A stretch of 25,596 nt of DNA from a virus (taxonomy: Duplodnaviria > Caudoviricetes): IMG/VR virus record IMGVR_UViG_3300030330_000138, positions 1-25,596 of that record; one strand, 5' to 3'. The position numbers and the translations under genes are program-made. Below, one piece after another: positions 8,103-17,195 of this stretch. The notes beneath the pieces were generated by a model. The model saw only the letters and a list, made by a program, of their open reading frames with translations, had not been told where the DNA came from and did no database searches. Positions within the stretch are counted from its first letter, which is position 1; each line of letters begins with the position of its first letter.

Positions 8103-9668
8103 ATGGCAACAGAAAAATTAAGGTTTGAGTTTGATGGTGATGCTTCAAAGTTTAAACAAGCAATACAACAAAGTAATAAAAGCGTAAATAATTTTGGTTC
8201 TAATTTAGCCAAGATAGGTGGTATAATAGCAGGAGCTTTTGCTGTAGATAAATTATTAGAGTTTGGAAGTGCAATTATAGAAACTACATCTTCATTCGAA
8301 AGATTTGAAGCTGTATTAACTAACACATTAGGCAGTACATCTGAAGCTCAAAAAGCACTTAGTGATATTACAGATTTTGCATCAAGAACACCATTTAGTG
8401 TTTTAGAATTAACAGATTCTTTTGTTCGTTTAGCTAATCAGGGTTTTAAACCAACAAGAGAAGAAATGAGAAAGCTTGGTGATCTTGCATCATCTACTGG
8501 TAAACAGTTCGATATGTTAGCTGAAGCTGTTATAGATGCACAAGTAGGAGAATTTGAAAGATTAAAAGAGTTTGGTATAAGAGCAGAAAAGCAAGGTGAC
8601 AAAGTTACGTTTACTTTTAAAGGAGTTAAAAAACAAGTTGATTTTACAGCACAATCTATTCAAGATTATGTTCTTTCTTTAGGTGATATAGAAGGTGTTT
8701 CAGGAGCAATGGCATCTATTTCAGAAACTCTAGGTGGTCAGATTTCAAACTTAGGTGACAGTTTTGATAGTCTACAATTTGCATTAGGTCAAGAATTAAA
8801 ACCAGTTCTTGAGGATGTAATAAGTTCAATGAGTACATTATTTACTAAAACTACTGAATTTTTACAAAGTGGAGGTATCAAAACTTTTTTTGGTAATTTA
8901 TTAAGTGGTATAAATCCTTTAGCAGGTCAGCTTATTAAAACACAAGGCCAAGTTCAAAAGACAGTAAATGAAGTTAAAAAAGCAGTATTATCTTCATCAG
9001 AAACTATAAAAAAATCTAATGAAAAAATATCAAGTTCTACGGTTGAGGTAACAGATAAAATGAGGGAAGAAGCATTTGAAATGTTTTTAGCTAATGATAC
9101 TGCAAAAATGTTACAACCAACTATGAGAGGTGTTGCAGAAGGATTTGATATTGCCACATTAAAAACTAGAGAATATTTAACAAGTATTCAAGAATCTACA
9201 AATGCTCAAAAACAATTTGCAATGGTTTCAAACTTCGTTACTACTGGTCTTAATTTAGTATTTGATGCTTTATCTGATCCAACTGGATTTGATTCTTTTG
9301 TTAAAAGTATTAAAAAGGTTATAGTCCAATTATTAAAACAACTAGCAATAATGACTGCAATATCAGCTATATTTTCTTTAGTTACTGGTGGTAAATTTGT
9401 TTTTTCTGATATTTTTAAAGCAGTTACTGGTTTAGGCAGACCAACTGATGGTTTTAAATTATTTGCAGAGGGTGGTATTGTAACAAAACCAACAATGGGA
9501 ATAATCGGAGAGAACAATCAGTCTGAAGCCGTCATACCTTTGAATAGGTTGCCACAGATGATGGGATCAATAGGAGGTAATCAAAGAGGTGAATTTACTT
9601 TAAGAGGTCAAGATTTAATATTAGCACTTGAAAGAGCAGGTGATTTTAGAACAAGAGTTACTGGTTAA
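8103..9668 (+). CDS. Tape measure protein
   Basis: 'FASRTPF', 'GEFERLKEFGI', 'TLGGQISNLGD' tape-measure domain; hydrophobic segment; C-terminal 'FAEGGIV..PT...IGE....EAVIPL', 'LRGQDL'. Confidence 0.9.
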   Translation: MATEKLRFEFDGDASKFKQAIQQSNKSVNNFGSNLAKIGGIIAGAFAVDKLLEFGSAIIETTSSFERFEAVLTNTLGSTSEAQKALSDITDFASRTPFSVLELTDSFVRLANQGFKPTREEMRKLGDLASSTGKQFDMLAEAVIDAQVGEFERLKEFGIRAEKQGDKVTFTFKGVKKQVDFTAQSIQDYVLSLGDIEGVSGAMASISETLGGQISNLGDSFDSLQFALGQELKPVLEDVISSMSTLFTKTTEFLQSGGIKTFFGNLLSGINPLAGQLIKTQGQVQKTVNEVKKAVLSSSETIKKSNEKISSSTVEVTDKMREEAFEMFLANDTAKMLQPTMRGVAEGFDIATLKTREYLTSIQESTNAQKQFAMVSNFVTTGLNLVFDALSDPTGFDSFVKSIKKVIVQLLKQLAIMTAISAIFSLVTGGKFVFSDIFKAVTGLGRPTDGFKLFAEGGIVTKPTMGIIGENNQSEAVIPLNRLPQMMGSIGGNQRGEFTLRGQDLILALERAGDFRTRVTG

Positions 9669-9670
9669 TT

Positions 9671-12031
9671 ATGTCTAATTATGGAGAAAAATACGGTGTA
9701 AATTTTTTTGATGTAGATGAAAATAAATTTCGTTTACAGATATTAGAATATGGTTACGGTGGTGATTCATCTACCAACCTTACACTAGCTAAGAATCCAA
9801 TCACAATTACTTACGAACAAGACGATGATTATTTCAAACCAATTATTGGTTCTACTTGTAAGATTGATTTAATAATAGAAGATAAAACATTAGGTGATGA
9901 ATGGGAAGATGAACCTACTAACTGGGAAGTTGCTGACTTTTTTTGGGAGTATGTTGATCTTACTTTTTTAGCACCACAATCAGATAGAGAATTTAAAATA
10001 AAAGTACATAGAGAAATTTTAAATGGAACAAGTGATGCGTATGCTGTAGCAAATAGATTAAAAGATACATCTGTAGATTTTACTGCTAAACTAAAAGTAG
10101 GTGATTTAATTATTAATACAACTACTGGAGCATCAACAACTGTTGCACAAGTAAGTTCTGCAACAATTATTAAATTAAGTGCTGATATTTTTGCAGATGC
10201 AGGTGGTGAAACCTATGAAATATTTAGAAACTTATGGACTGGCTTCATTGTTCAAGACAGTTACACATTTCCTATTGCAAACTATCCATTTCAGATAAGC
10301 GTTTATGCTAGTGATCTAATTGGTACTTTAGATGGTTATACTTATGATCTTACTACTAATTCACCAACAGCTTTTGCTTCTATACAGAATTGTCTTAAAA
10401 ATATTAATGTTCAAGATGCAGAAGGTACTGCCGTAAAGAGTTTAGAGTTTGGTTATAAGGTTCTATGTAGATTAAATTATTTTACGGTTTCAGCAGGTTC
10501 TTATACATCAAATGATAATCCTTATACATTGACACACATAAATTTTGTTGATGCGTTTAAAGATGAAAATTCAAATTTCTTAGATTGTAAAACAATATTA
10601 ATATCATTATTACAAATGTTTAATTGTCGTATATTCCAACACGAAGGAACTTGGACAATAATCGATAATGCTTCTTTATCACTTAGTTCATTCAATGATA
10701 GTGGTGGTTCATATTCAAAAGAATTTAAAGTTTATAGCAAGGCAGGATCGCTTACTGGAACTGAAGCTATTGCTTCACCAGTTGTAAATATTAATTCATC
10801 ACAGAGCAGTTCTACTATACAACCTATGAATAATGATTTATTAAAAACAATAAAACCTCCTACAATAAGACAAAAGAATCAGATTAAAATAAAACACCAG
10901 TTAAAAAAGACTATCACAAATGGTGGTTTTGAAACTACATCCTCACCAACTGGTAGCACACCAAGTTATGGTAATGACGTTGGTACTTGGTCTATCGTTG
11001 ATAAATCAATAACCTTTGGTGTTGATGTTGAAGCTGTTGATACGTCAATTTCACCTCCAGTCACTTTCGGCAAACCTGCATATCAAGGATCATTCAGTTT
11101 ATTATCTATAGGTTCTTCATCATCTACATCGACATTTGTTGCAACAAATAATACTGGTAACATTGGATCAACTACAGAAGAAACTATTTTATCTTTTGCA
11201 ACAAGAGGATTTTCACCTGATCTTTCATCTGATCCTACTGGACAAACACCATTGAATAATATAGGTTATACGATTAAGTTTCAGATACTTCTTGGTGGTG
11301 TTCACTATTGGAACAACTCAACTGGTGAATGGACATCAAGCGTAACAACAAATTTTATATTTGATTCTACAAATGACGAATGGGTGAGAAGAGAAATCAA
11401 GATGAGTAATGCACCAACTACTGGTGCAGTAGAAATAAAGCTTTTAGTATCACAAGAAAGCACATACGGTAATTCTAATTTTAGAATGTATTATGATGAT
11501 TTTACATTACAAAGTAGTAGTGATTTAGAGTTTTTAGATACAGAGGTTAAGATTGTTAAAACAGAATTTAAAAATAATAATGCAGTATTGAAATCTGTAG
11601 AAAATATATTTGGTACAATTCAAGATGCAAAATATAGTAATTGTTTAGTTGATGCTAGTGGTAATGTTATATTTCAATTCAAAGGTTTTGATGAAGGCGT
11701 TGCACTTGGAAATCCTTTGGAGGTAAAAATGAATCAACAACGATTAAATGATTTTGCAAAAAACAATGAAAGATATGAAGGTACATTTAGAAAATTAAAA
11801 GATAGCGATAATTTTACAACACCAATAAGTATGCTTACGCTTCCAAAAATAAGTTTTGATACCTTTAGTTTAGATAATCATTGTGCTATTGACAACTTTC
11901 AATATAATGTATCTGAAAACAGATACAGTTTAAGGATGCACGTACCTGATCAATCTAACTTCACAGATGCTAATTTATTCAATGATATAGAAGTTAGAAG
12001 AAACTTCTACGAAGATAAACCTAAAGATTAA
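9671..12031 (+). CDS. Large tail tip/baseplate structural protein with probable carbohydrate-binding module
   Basis: Follows the tape measure; 'PIIGS.C.I', 'LWTGFI..D', 'A.D.IG.L', 'F..RIFQ..G.W' core; 'NGGFE...YYDDF' CBM4/9-like segment. Confidence 0.65.
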   Translation: MSNYGEKYGVNFFDVDENKFRLQILEYGYGGDSSTNLTLAKNPITITYEQDDDYFKPIIGSTCKIDLIIEDKTLGDEWEDEPTNWEVADFFWEYVDLTFLAPQSDREFKIKVHREILNGTSDAYAVANRLKDTSVDFTAKLKVGDLIINTTTGASTTVAQVSSATIIKLSADIFADAGGETYEIFRNLWTGFIVQDSYTFPIANYPFQISVYASDLIGTLDGYTYDLTTNSPTAFASIQNCLKNINVQDAEGTAVKSLEFGYKVLCRLNYFTVSAGSYTSNDNPYTLTHINFVDAFKDENSNFLDCKTILISLLQMFNCRIFQHEGTWTIIDNASLSLSSFNDSGGSYSKEFKVYSKAGSLTGTEAIASPVVNINSSQSSSTIQPMNNDLLKTIKPPTIRQKNQIKIKHQLKKTITNGGFETTSSPTGSTPSYGNDVGTWSIVDKSITFGVDVEAVDTSISPPVTFGKPAYQGSFSLLSIGSSSSTSTFVATNNTGNIGSTTEETILSFATRGFSPDLSSDPTGQTPLNNIGYTIKFQILLGGVHYWNNSTGEWTSSVTTNFIFDSTNDEWVRREIKMSNAPTTGAVEIKLLVSQESTYGNSNFRMYYDDFTLQSSSDLEFLDTEVKIVKTEFKNNNAVLKSVENIFGTIQDAKYSNCLVDASGNVIFQFKGFDEGVALGNPLEVKMNQQRLNDFAKNNERYEGTFRKLKDSDNFTTPISMLTLPKISFDTFSLDNHCAIDNFQYNVSENRYSLRMHVPDQSNFTDANLFNDIEVRRNFYEDKPKD

Positions 12032-12201
12032 GATTTATTTTCTAAATGCTTCAATGATTTACATTCTTCATTCAATAAATCATTAAAATCTTTGATTTCT
12101 TTTTTAAAACTATTTATGATCTTTCTTCTTTCTTCAAGATTGTGCATAGAATTTGAGCAACTATCTAAAAAGTTTTCTTTCAAAAATTCATATAAACTCA
12201 T
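12028..12201 (-). CDS. Hypothetical 57-aa coiled-coil protein (MSLYEFLKENFLDS...HLENKS)
   Basis: Translated by hand; ATGA overlap with the upstream micro-ORF; its stop overlaps the convergent stop of the tail gene. Confidence 0.6.
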   Translation of the reverse strand: MSLYEFLKENFLDSCSNSMHNLEERRKIINSFKKEIKDFNDLLNEECKSLKHLENKS

Positions 12202-12278
12202 ACAAAAAGTATTAGTGAAACATAAAGCGTTGAAAACAACACAATCAAAAATAAGAAATCTATTATTAACTTTTTCAT
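12198..12278 (-). CDS. 26-aa transmembrane micropeptide (MKKLIIDFLFLIVLFSTLYVSLILFV)
   Basis: Starts 1 nt after the upstream TAA; ATGA overlap downstream. Confidence 0.55.
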   Translation of the reverse strand: MKKLIIDFLFLIVLFSTLYVSLILFV

Positions 12279-12279
12279 A

Positions 12280-12402
12280 TTATTTGGTTTTACAAAATTT
12301 ACATACACCATTTTTTCTTGCAACAATTCTATAACAACATTCTCTTGTACATAAATATAAATCAAGAAAGTACTTTACAAGAAATCTAATTATCTTCTTC
12401 AT
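12280..12402 (-). CDS. 40-aa Cys-rich peptide (MKKIIRFLVKYFLDLYLCTRECCYRIVARKNGVCKFCKTK)
   Basis: Fills the gap in the tiled minus-strand operon; five Cys including a CxxC. Confidence 0.55.
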   Translation of the reverse strand: MKKIIRFLVKYFLDLYLCTRECCYRIVARKNGVCKFCKTK

Positions 12403-12583
12403 ATTCAGATAATAAATCTTTTGCTTCATTATAAACTTCATTAGAAATAACATAAGTCATATCAACTGGTTCATTGAGAATTACTCTTTCACCAGTTTCA
12501 GGTTGATATTCGGTCATCTTAATTATCAAAGTTCTATAATCGTAATAAGCATAGAACGTAAATATGTCGTGTTCAAATGTCAT
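12386..12583 (-). CDS. Hypothetical acidic protein, 65 aa
   Basis: ATGA overlap with upstream ORF; part of the minus-strand operon. Confidence 0.6.
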   Translation of the reverse strand: MTFEHDIFTFYAYYDYRTLIIKMTEYQPETGERVILNEPVDMTYVISNEVYNEAKDLLSEYEEDN

Positions 12584-12762
12584 TGCTTCTTCCCTATTAA
12601 CTCTTCAATCTCATCTGCTAACTCTTTCATAGATTTTAACTTAGTCATTATAGAACTTTGTTCTATCTTATCTCTTAACGGTGTGTTAAGGAACTCTATT
12701 CGCTTTTTAACACGCTTCTTACGTGCTTTCTCTCTTGCTCTGTCGTAACTATCATTTTTCAT
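12580..12762 (-). CDS. Hypothetical protein, 60 aa
   Basis: First ORF after an AT-rich intergenic gap; charged, helical. Confidence 0.6.
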   Translation of the reverse strand: MKNDSYDRAREKARKKRVKKRIEFLNTPLRDKIEQSSIMTKLKSMKELADEIEELIGKKQ

Positions 12763-12845
12763 AATTAATCGCTTAAATCGTTTATTTTAGTTTTGTGTCT
12801 TATAACAATACAATAATAAAATATTTTTTACAAATAAAAAAATAT

Positions 12846-13007
12846 TTATACGTATTTCTGTTTTAATGTTCTGATATGATCGTGGAGTTTAGACCAGTCA
12901 TCAGATTCAGATTCATCGTAAGACCACTCTATCTCATTTTTAATGAGACATTCAAGTGATTCTAATAATAGCAGTTTATCTTCTTTAGAGGATGTTTTAT
13001 GTCTCAT
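12846..13007 (-). CDS. Hypothetical 53-aa protein (MRHKTSSKEDKLLLLESLECLIKNEIEW...QKYV)
   Basis: Translated by hand; starts 9 nt after the resolvase stop. Confidence 0.6.
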   Translation of the reverse strand: MRHKTSSKEDKLLLLESLECLIKNEIEWSYDESESDDWSKLHDHIRTLKQKYV

Positions 13008-13016
13008 TTAATTAAT

Positions 13017-13367
13017 TTATGTCTCACAGTTAATAATATTATTCCATATCAACATCTCAATGATTTCGTGAAAATCATCTTTCTTCATAATAACATATTC
13101 ACCATTATTCTTTCTTTTATGATATATGATCTTATAATCGTCACCATCTGCCTCCATCTCTTTGAATATCTTATGGTAAGATGGATTATTAATTAATGAT
13201 TTGCATTGAACTGCAAACGGTTTAGTGTTTACTAAATCAATCTTTCTATCATCCATCATCTTTGATGCGTACCTAGAGGTTTCACAATTAGACCAACCGA
13301 GTTCTTTATATTCTCTGCGAATTTGTCTCTCGTAATCGTGCCCCTTTCTTCTGTTTGTGTTTGACAT
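13017..13367 (-). CDS. Holliday junction resolvase-like PD-(D/E)xK nuclease (Hjc-type)
   Basis: 'RRKG..YER', 'TSR', 'IDL', 'VQCK' motif series. Confidence 0.7.
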   Translation of the reverse strand: MSNTNRRKGHDYERQIRREYKELGWSNCETSRYASKMMDDRKIDLVNTKPFAVQCKSLINNPSYHKIFKEMEADGDDYKIIYHKRKNNGEYVIMKKDDFHEIIEMLIWNNIINCET

Positions 13368-13431
13368 AAAATATACTTAATACTGCTATCAATCCAATAG
13401 CAATAAATTTAATTAATCTTTTTCTTACCAT
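13306..13431 (-). CDS. Possible 41-aa membrane peptide (MVRKRLIKFIAIGLIAVLSIFYVKHKQKK...)
   Basis: Hydrophobic helix covers the gap between neighbours, but overlaps both (62 nt with the resolvase). Confidence 0.35.
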   Translation of the reverse strand: MVRKRLIKFIAIGLIAVLSIFYVKHKQKKGARLRETNSQRI

Positions 13432-13735
13432 CTCTTTTTACAAATAACGCATAACCCAAATAACAATAGTTGATAACATCTGCAAACCTCGAATGTATTG
13501 GTTCGCTCTTTTTAAGGTTAGCGTTTTTAAGGTGAGCATAAATACTTTGTATTTGCTTCTCAAAGAATGTTGCCCATACTTTCATCTCAGATGTTTCTAA
13601 TCTTTCTGCCGTACTCTTGAAGTTTGCAAGAACATCTGTATCTTCATTTGTGTACTCAGGTCTTTTACTTAACATTATATCAAATGAATAATCGTTTAAT
13701 TGTTTTACTAATTTGTCAAATTCTGTCTGTGTCAT
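13409..13735 (-). CDS. DUF1599 / nucleotide-modification-associated all-alpha domain protein
   Basis: 'K..EY.....D.LANF' and 'E.I..R..D..NY..L' motifs. Confidence 0.5.
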   Translation of the reverse strand: MTQTEFDKLVKQLNDYSFDIMLSKRPEYTNEDTDVLANFKSTAERLETSEMKVWATFFEKQIQSIYAHLKNANLKKSEPIHSRFADVINYCYLGYALFVKRDGKKKIN

Positions 13736-13736
13736 T

Positions 13737-14384
13737 TTAAAATAATTTTAATTGTTTTATATGATCTTTATATCTTTTTAAAGCTGAGTTATAATAGTCT
13801 ATGTCTATTTCAAATCCTATAAAATTATATCCTAAATTATGACAAGCTATTGCTATTGATCCACTACCTAAATGTGTATCTAATATTTTATTACCATCTT
13901 TAGCATAATTCATTAATAACCATTCATAAAGTTTAACTGGTTTTTGTGTTGGATGTATTCTATGTTCTTTATTTTTCATATTTTCTTGTAACATTCCTGA
14001 CCATTTCCATTTTATTTTTCTTACAGAAGTTTTAAAGTTAGTCCAAGCTAACTCACAATCTGCAAAATCTGTATCTCCATTGTCTTTATCCCATACAACC
14101 CAACAACTAGAATCATAAGGTATTCTACTTATAAAGTGATTAGCACCCCATATTATTTGATTTTTGCTTACTCTAAATAATTCTTTAAAATATTTTTTAT
14201 TAGGAGCAACCTTATCCCAATTTGTTTTTTTATATTCTATCTTTTTAGCAACTCCACCACCTTTTCCTTGTGATTGGTTAGTTACATTAATTCCATAAGG
14301 AGGATCAACTATAGCTAAGTCAAACTCATTATCTGACATTTCTCTCATAGCTTCCATACAATCTTTATTATGAATTTTTATCAC
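13737..14384 (-). CDS. DNA methyltransferase (N4-C/N6-A, beta class)
   Basis: DPPY near the N-terminus, 'HPTQKP..LY.W', 'ILDTHLGSGS' SAM-binding motif. Confidence 0.92.
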   Translation of the reverse strand: MIKIHNKDCMEAMREMSDNEFDLAIVDPPYGINVTNQSQGKGGGVAKKIEYKKTNWDKVAPNKKYFKELFRVSKNQIIWGANHFISRIPYDSSCWVVWDKDNGDTDFADCELAWTNFKTSVRKIKWKWSGMLQENMKNKEHRIHPTQKPVKLYEWLLMNYAKDGNKILDTHLGSGSIAIACHNLGYNFIGFEIDIDYYNSALKRYKDHIKQLKLF

Positions 14385-14629
14385 AATACCTTTTTTAAAA
14401 TGTCATACTTTACCGGATCAAGTTCTTTGATCTTACTTAAAAAGATCAGTTGTTCTTGATTAGCTTTTTCTCTTTCTTCATCGGTAGAATCAATACCAAG
14501 ATTACATTCAATCTTTGCCATTGCTTCCATAAGAGCATCAATCTTAGCTTTCACTTGCTTATTGGTATTATAAGCACCATAGATTTCTCTTTTTTCGTTT
14601 CTATTTAAATCATCAGTTGTTGGTGTCAT
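14381..14629 (-). CDS. Hypothetical protein, 82 aa
   Basis: Overlapping start/stop with both neighbours; 'NLG.DST..E', 'IK..DP' pattern. Confidence 0.65.
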   Translation of the reverse strand: MTPTTDDLNRNEKREIYGAYNTNKQVKAKIDALMEAMAKIECNLGIDSTDEEREKANQEQLIFLSKIKELDPVKYDILKKVL

Positions 14630-15144
14630 TAATTATAAATTTTAAAATTATGATTTCTTTCATCAAGTTTTGTTAGTTTATCTATTTGATCTTTTGAAAT
14701 CTTAGTTATAAATTTCATATCTTCTAAAAACCAACAAATAGTTTTTTTATTAATGTTTCTTTGTTTGAAGTCAAGAATTTTAATTTTATTTTGATTTTCT
14801 AGTTCTATTGCTTTTGAAACTGGTAGATAATGTATGTCTCCAAGTTTATCATCTACAAAGAAGATTATAACATCAATACCTTTTTTATTTAGTTTTATAT
14901 ACTCTTGATAATGTTTATAATCAATTCCAGTCATTGGGTATTTATTTAATCTTGCTTTTGTTTTTACCTCTATGTATTTAATATCATTATTTATTTTATT
15001 CATTAAAATTAAATCTACCCAATGTGATTTATCTTTTATGTTTTGTGTTAAAATATCATATTCAGGAAATAATTTTTTTAAAGTTTCAATAACTATAGAT
15101 TCTCCTAAAGTTCCTTTTTTAAAAGTTTTTGTTTTAGTAATCAT
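14629..15144 (-). CDS. PD-(D/E)xK restriction-endonuclease-like nuclease
   Basis: 'G..GE', 'VDLI', 'YIEVKTK' catalytic motif series; visibly very AT-rich. Confidence 0.7.
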   Translation of the reverse strand: MITKTKTFKKGTLGESIVIETLKKLFPEYDILTQNIKDKSHWVDLILMNKINNDIKYIEVKTKARLNKYPMTGIDYKHYQEYIKLNKKGIDVIIFFVDDKLGDIHYLPVSKAIELENQNKIKILDFKQRNINKKTICWFLEDMKFITKISKDQIDKLTKLDERNHNFKIYN

Positions 15145-16196
15145 TTAAATTTATTTATTTGATTTCCATAGTTATACCATCCACTTCTTTGTTCTCTACT
15201 AAAATAATCTAGTTTACTACCTAAACATATATCATTAACCATATCATAAAAACAATCAGGTTTTCTACTATGTTCTCTCCCTTTTTCTGTAATTATATCT
15301 CTATATTTAGTGTTGTTATATATTGGTTTACCCTTAATTCCAAGTAAACAGAATTCACATTGCATCCTTAACCAATTACCCATTCCCATTTTATCCTTAT
15401 TCCATACAAGAGTTGCTTTATATTCAAAACCCCAATTTTCTAAAATATACTTCGCCTCATATAAGTACGCATGAGTAGACCATAACCACAGTACAGAGTT
15501 TTCAGATGAGGGTAAATTAATATTTTTTATTTCATCTAAACTCATTGATGGATACGGATTTGCAATTCTACTTCCATCAGGATCATAGGTTCTATTATAT
15601 TCCCAAGGCGGATCAACAACAAGAACATCGTATTCATCAAGAAGGTTTGTGTAATCTAATTTATCAATATCCTCTTTTTGTTTTTGTAAATCATTATCTC
15701 TTTCTATTTTTTTTGCAACTTTCAACATTCTAGTGGTTGTTAGTTCAATACGTTTATTGGTTTCTGCTTTCGCAGTTTCTATTTCGTTTTCAAATGTTTC
15801 TTCAGGTAATGATGCTATTTTTTGAAACTCGTGTGATTGTCTTTTGTTTATACCAAAATCAGATATAGAGCAAAGTTCCTTTTTGTAACTTTGCTTTTTA
15901 TTATGACCACCTTGTGATTGAATTTCTCCTTTTTGTTGACCTTTTTTTATTAAATCACCAAGTTTTCTTTGTGTTCTAAGTTTCTGTTCTCCAATAATGT
16001 TTTGTAATTCAGCATCTTTCTTTTCTGCTTTTGCCCAAACTTGTATAGCTTTTACTTTATTTAAATAATCAACACCAGTTTCAATATCTTTTATCTGCAT
16101 TAATTCATTTTTCATATTATCTCTTAATGCTATTCTAAAAACATTTTTCTCTTCTTCATTTAAATTTTCGTAATTTCTTAATTCAAGTGCATTCAT
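15141..16196 (-). CDS. MT-A70-family adenine methyltransferase with N-terminal helical domain
   Basis: 'VVDPPW', 'YPSM', 'LWLW', 'WGF.YK..LVWNK...GMG.W.R...E..L', 'HSRKP', 'FSR..R.GW..YGNQ'. Confidence 0.9.
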   Translation of the reverse strand: MNALELRNYENLNEEEKNVFRIALRDNMKNELMQIKDIETGVDYLNKVKAIQVWAKAEKKDAELQNIIGEQKLRTQRKLGDLIKKGQQKGEIQSQGGHNKKQSYKKELCSISDFGINKRQSHEFQKIASLPEETFENEIETAKAETNKRIELTTTRMLKVAKKIERDNDLQKQKEDIDKLDYTNLLDEYDVLVVDPPWEYNRTYDPDGSRIANPYPSMSLDEIKNINLPSSENSVLWLWSTHAYLYEAKYILENWGFEYKATLVWNKDKMGMGNWLRMQCEFCLLGIKGKPIYNNTKYRDIITEKGREHSRKPDCFYDMVNDICLGSKLDYFSREQRSGWYNYGNQINKFK

Positions 16197-16198
16197 AA

Positions 16199-16963
16199 TT
16201 ATAATATTAAACTTCCATCTTCATTTACATCATCCCAGTAAAAACCTGAAATGTGTTTTTTATCAATATATTTTTTCCAAGAATCAAAAGCAATCCTCCA
16301 AGCTAGTTTACCCTTTTCAATAAGATCATCGGACAAAGAATATACTGCAACGTCAAATGGGTATCTATTCTCAATAGCAATAAATCTAAATGATGTAGGA
16401 TCATATCCTAACATCTCACAATAGAAACACGATTGTAAGTGATAAGCATAGTTATAGATAGCACTTCTAAACGCTCTAGGTGAAGCATCTTGACAAGTTT
16501 TGATGTCAATGATATATCTACCCTTTTTGATTCCATCAGGCCTTATACGTACTGGTACGTCTTCATACGTACCATAATAACTATGCTCAATTTCATCTAA
16601 GGTAAATAACAACTTGTTTGCAAGTTCATTATTCATTGCATTTTGTACAATCTGATCTAAGGATTCTTTTTCCTCACCTGAAACCACAATCTTATCTTCG
16701 TTTTCATCCATTAATTGTTTCTTATATTCTCTATCTTTTTTTGTTCTTAGGTTAAGGTTCTTTGGTAATGCCAATATTTCTTTTTTTTCAGGTTCTAAGA
16801 GTACGCTATGAACTGCACTACCAAAGTTCATTGCAGGTGTTGATACGAACTGTTCTCTATTCAGATAATGATAAACTGACTTGCTATATATTGTTTTTAA
16901 ACCACTAGCAGATATACTATCGTGAGAATGATATTCTTGGTTTGTATCTTTCTTTTTAATCAC
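16199..16963 (-). CDS. RecE/exonuclease VIII-like PD-(D/E)xK nuclease (DUF3799)
   Basis: 'YH....ISASGLK', 'FGSAVH..LLEP', 'RPD', 'IIDIKT', 'YHLQ..FY'. Confidence 0.85.
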   Translation of the reverse strand: MIKKKDTNQEYHSHDSISASGLKTIYSKSVYHYLNREQFVSTPAMNFGSAVHSVLLEPEKKEILALPKNLNLRTKKDREYKKQLMDENEDKIVVSGEEKESLDQIVQNAMNNELANKLLFTLDEIEHSYYGTYEDVPVRIRPDGIKKGRYIIDIKTCQDASPRAFRSAIYNYAYHLQSCFYCEMLGYDPTSFRFIAIENRYPFDVAVYSLSDDLIEKGKLAWRIAFDSWKKYIDKKHISGFYWDDVNEDGSLIL

Positions 16964-17097
16964 TTTATTTTTTTTAAATTATGTTTTATATAATAGATGA
17001 AGTATAGGATTGCAGGACTGAACAGTATAATATTCCAAATATTCGGATGCCAAAACTCACCACAAAAACCAAGAAAATGTCTTAAAACTTCTATCAT
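16960..17097 (-). CDS. 45-aa membrane peptide with H.LG.CGE.WHP motif
   Basis: MIEVLRHFLGFCGEFWHPNIWNIILFSPAILYFIYYIKHNLKKIK; GTGA overlap with the exonuclease start. Confidence 0.65.
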   Translation of the reverse strand: MIEVLRHFLGFCGEFWHPNIWNIILFSPAILYFIYYIKHNLKKIK

Positions 17098-17101
17098 AAT
17101 C

Positions 17102-17162
17102 AAAAAGAAGCACCATCATCACCGATTATTAACCGCTTAAATTAAAATGAATCAGGTGCTTC
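17102..17162 (-). terminator. Long stem-loop followed by U-run (terminator/attenuator-like)
   Basis: GAAGCACC (17107-17114) is complementary to GGTGCTTC (17155-17162); on the minus strand the stem is followed by TTTTT; the 40-nt loop is atypical. Confidence 0.4.
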
Positions 17163-17195
17163 ACTCAAATAAAACTAAAAAGTATATGAAAAAAA

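Noticed and set aside
12092-13196. Plus-strand ORFs 12092-12334, 12503-12748 and 12999-13196
   Set aside because: Antisense to a tightly tiled minus-strand operon
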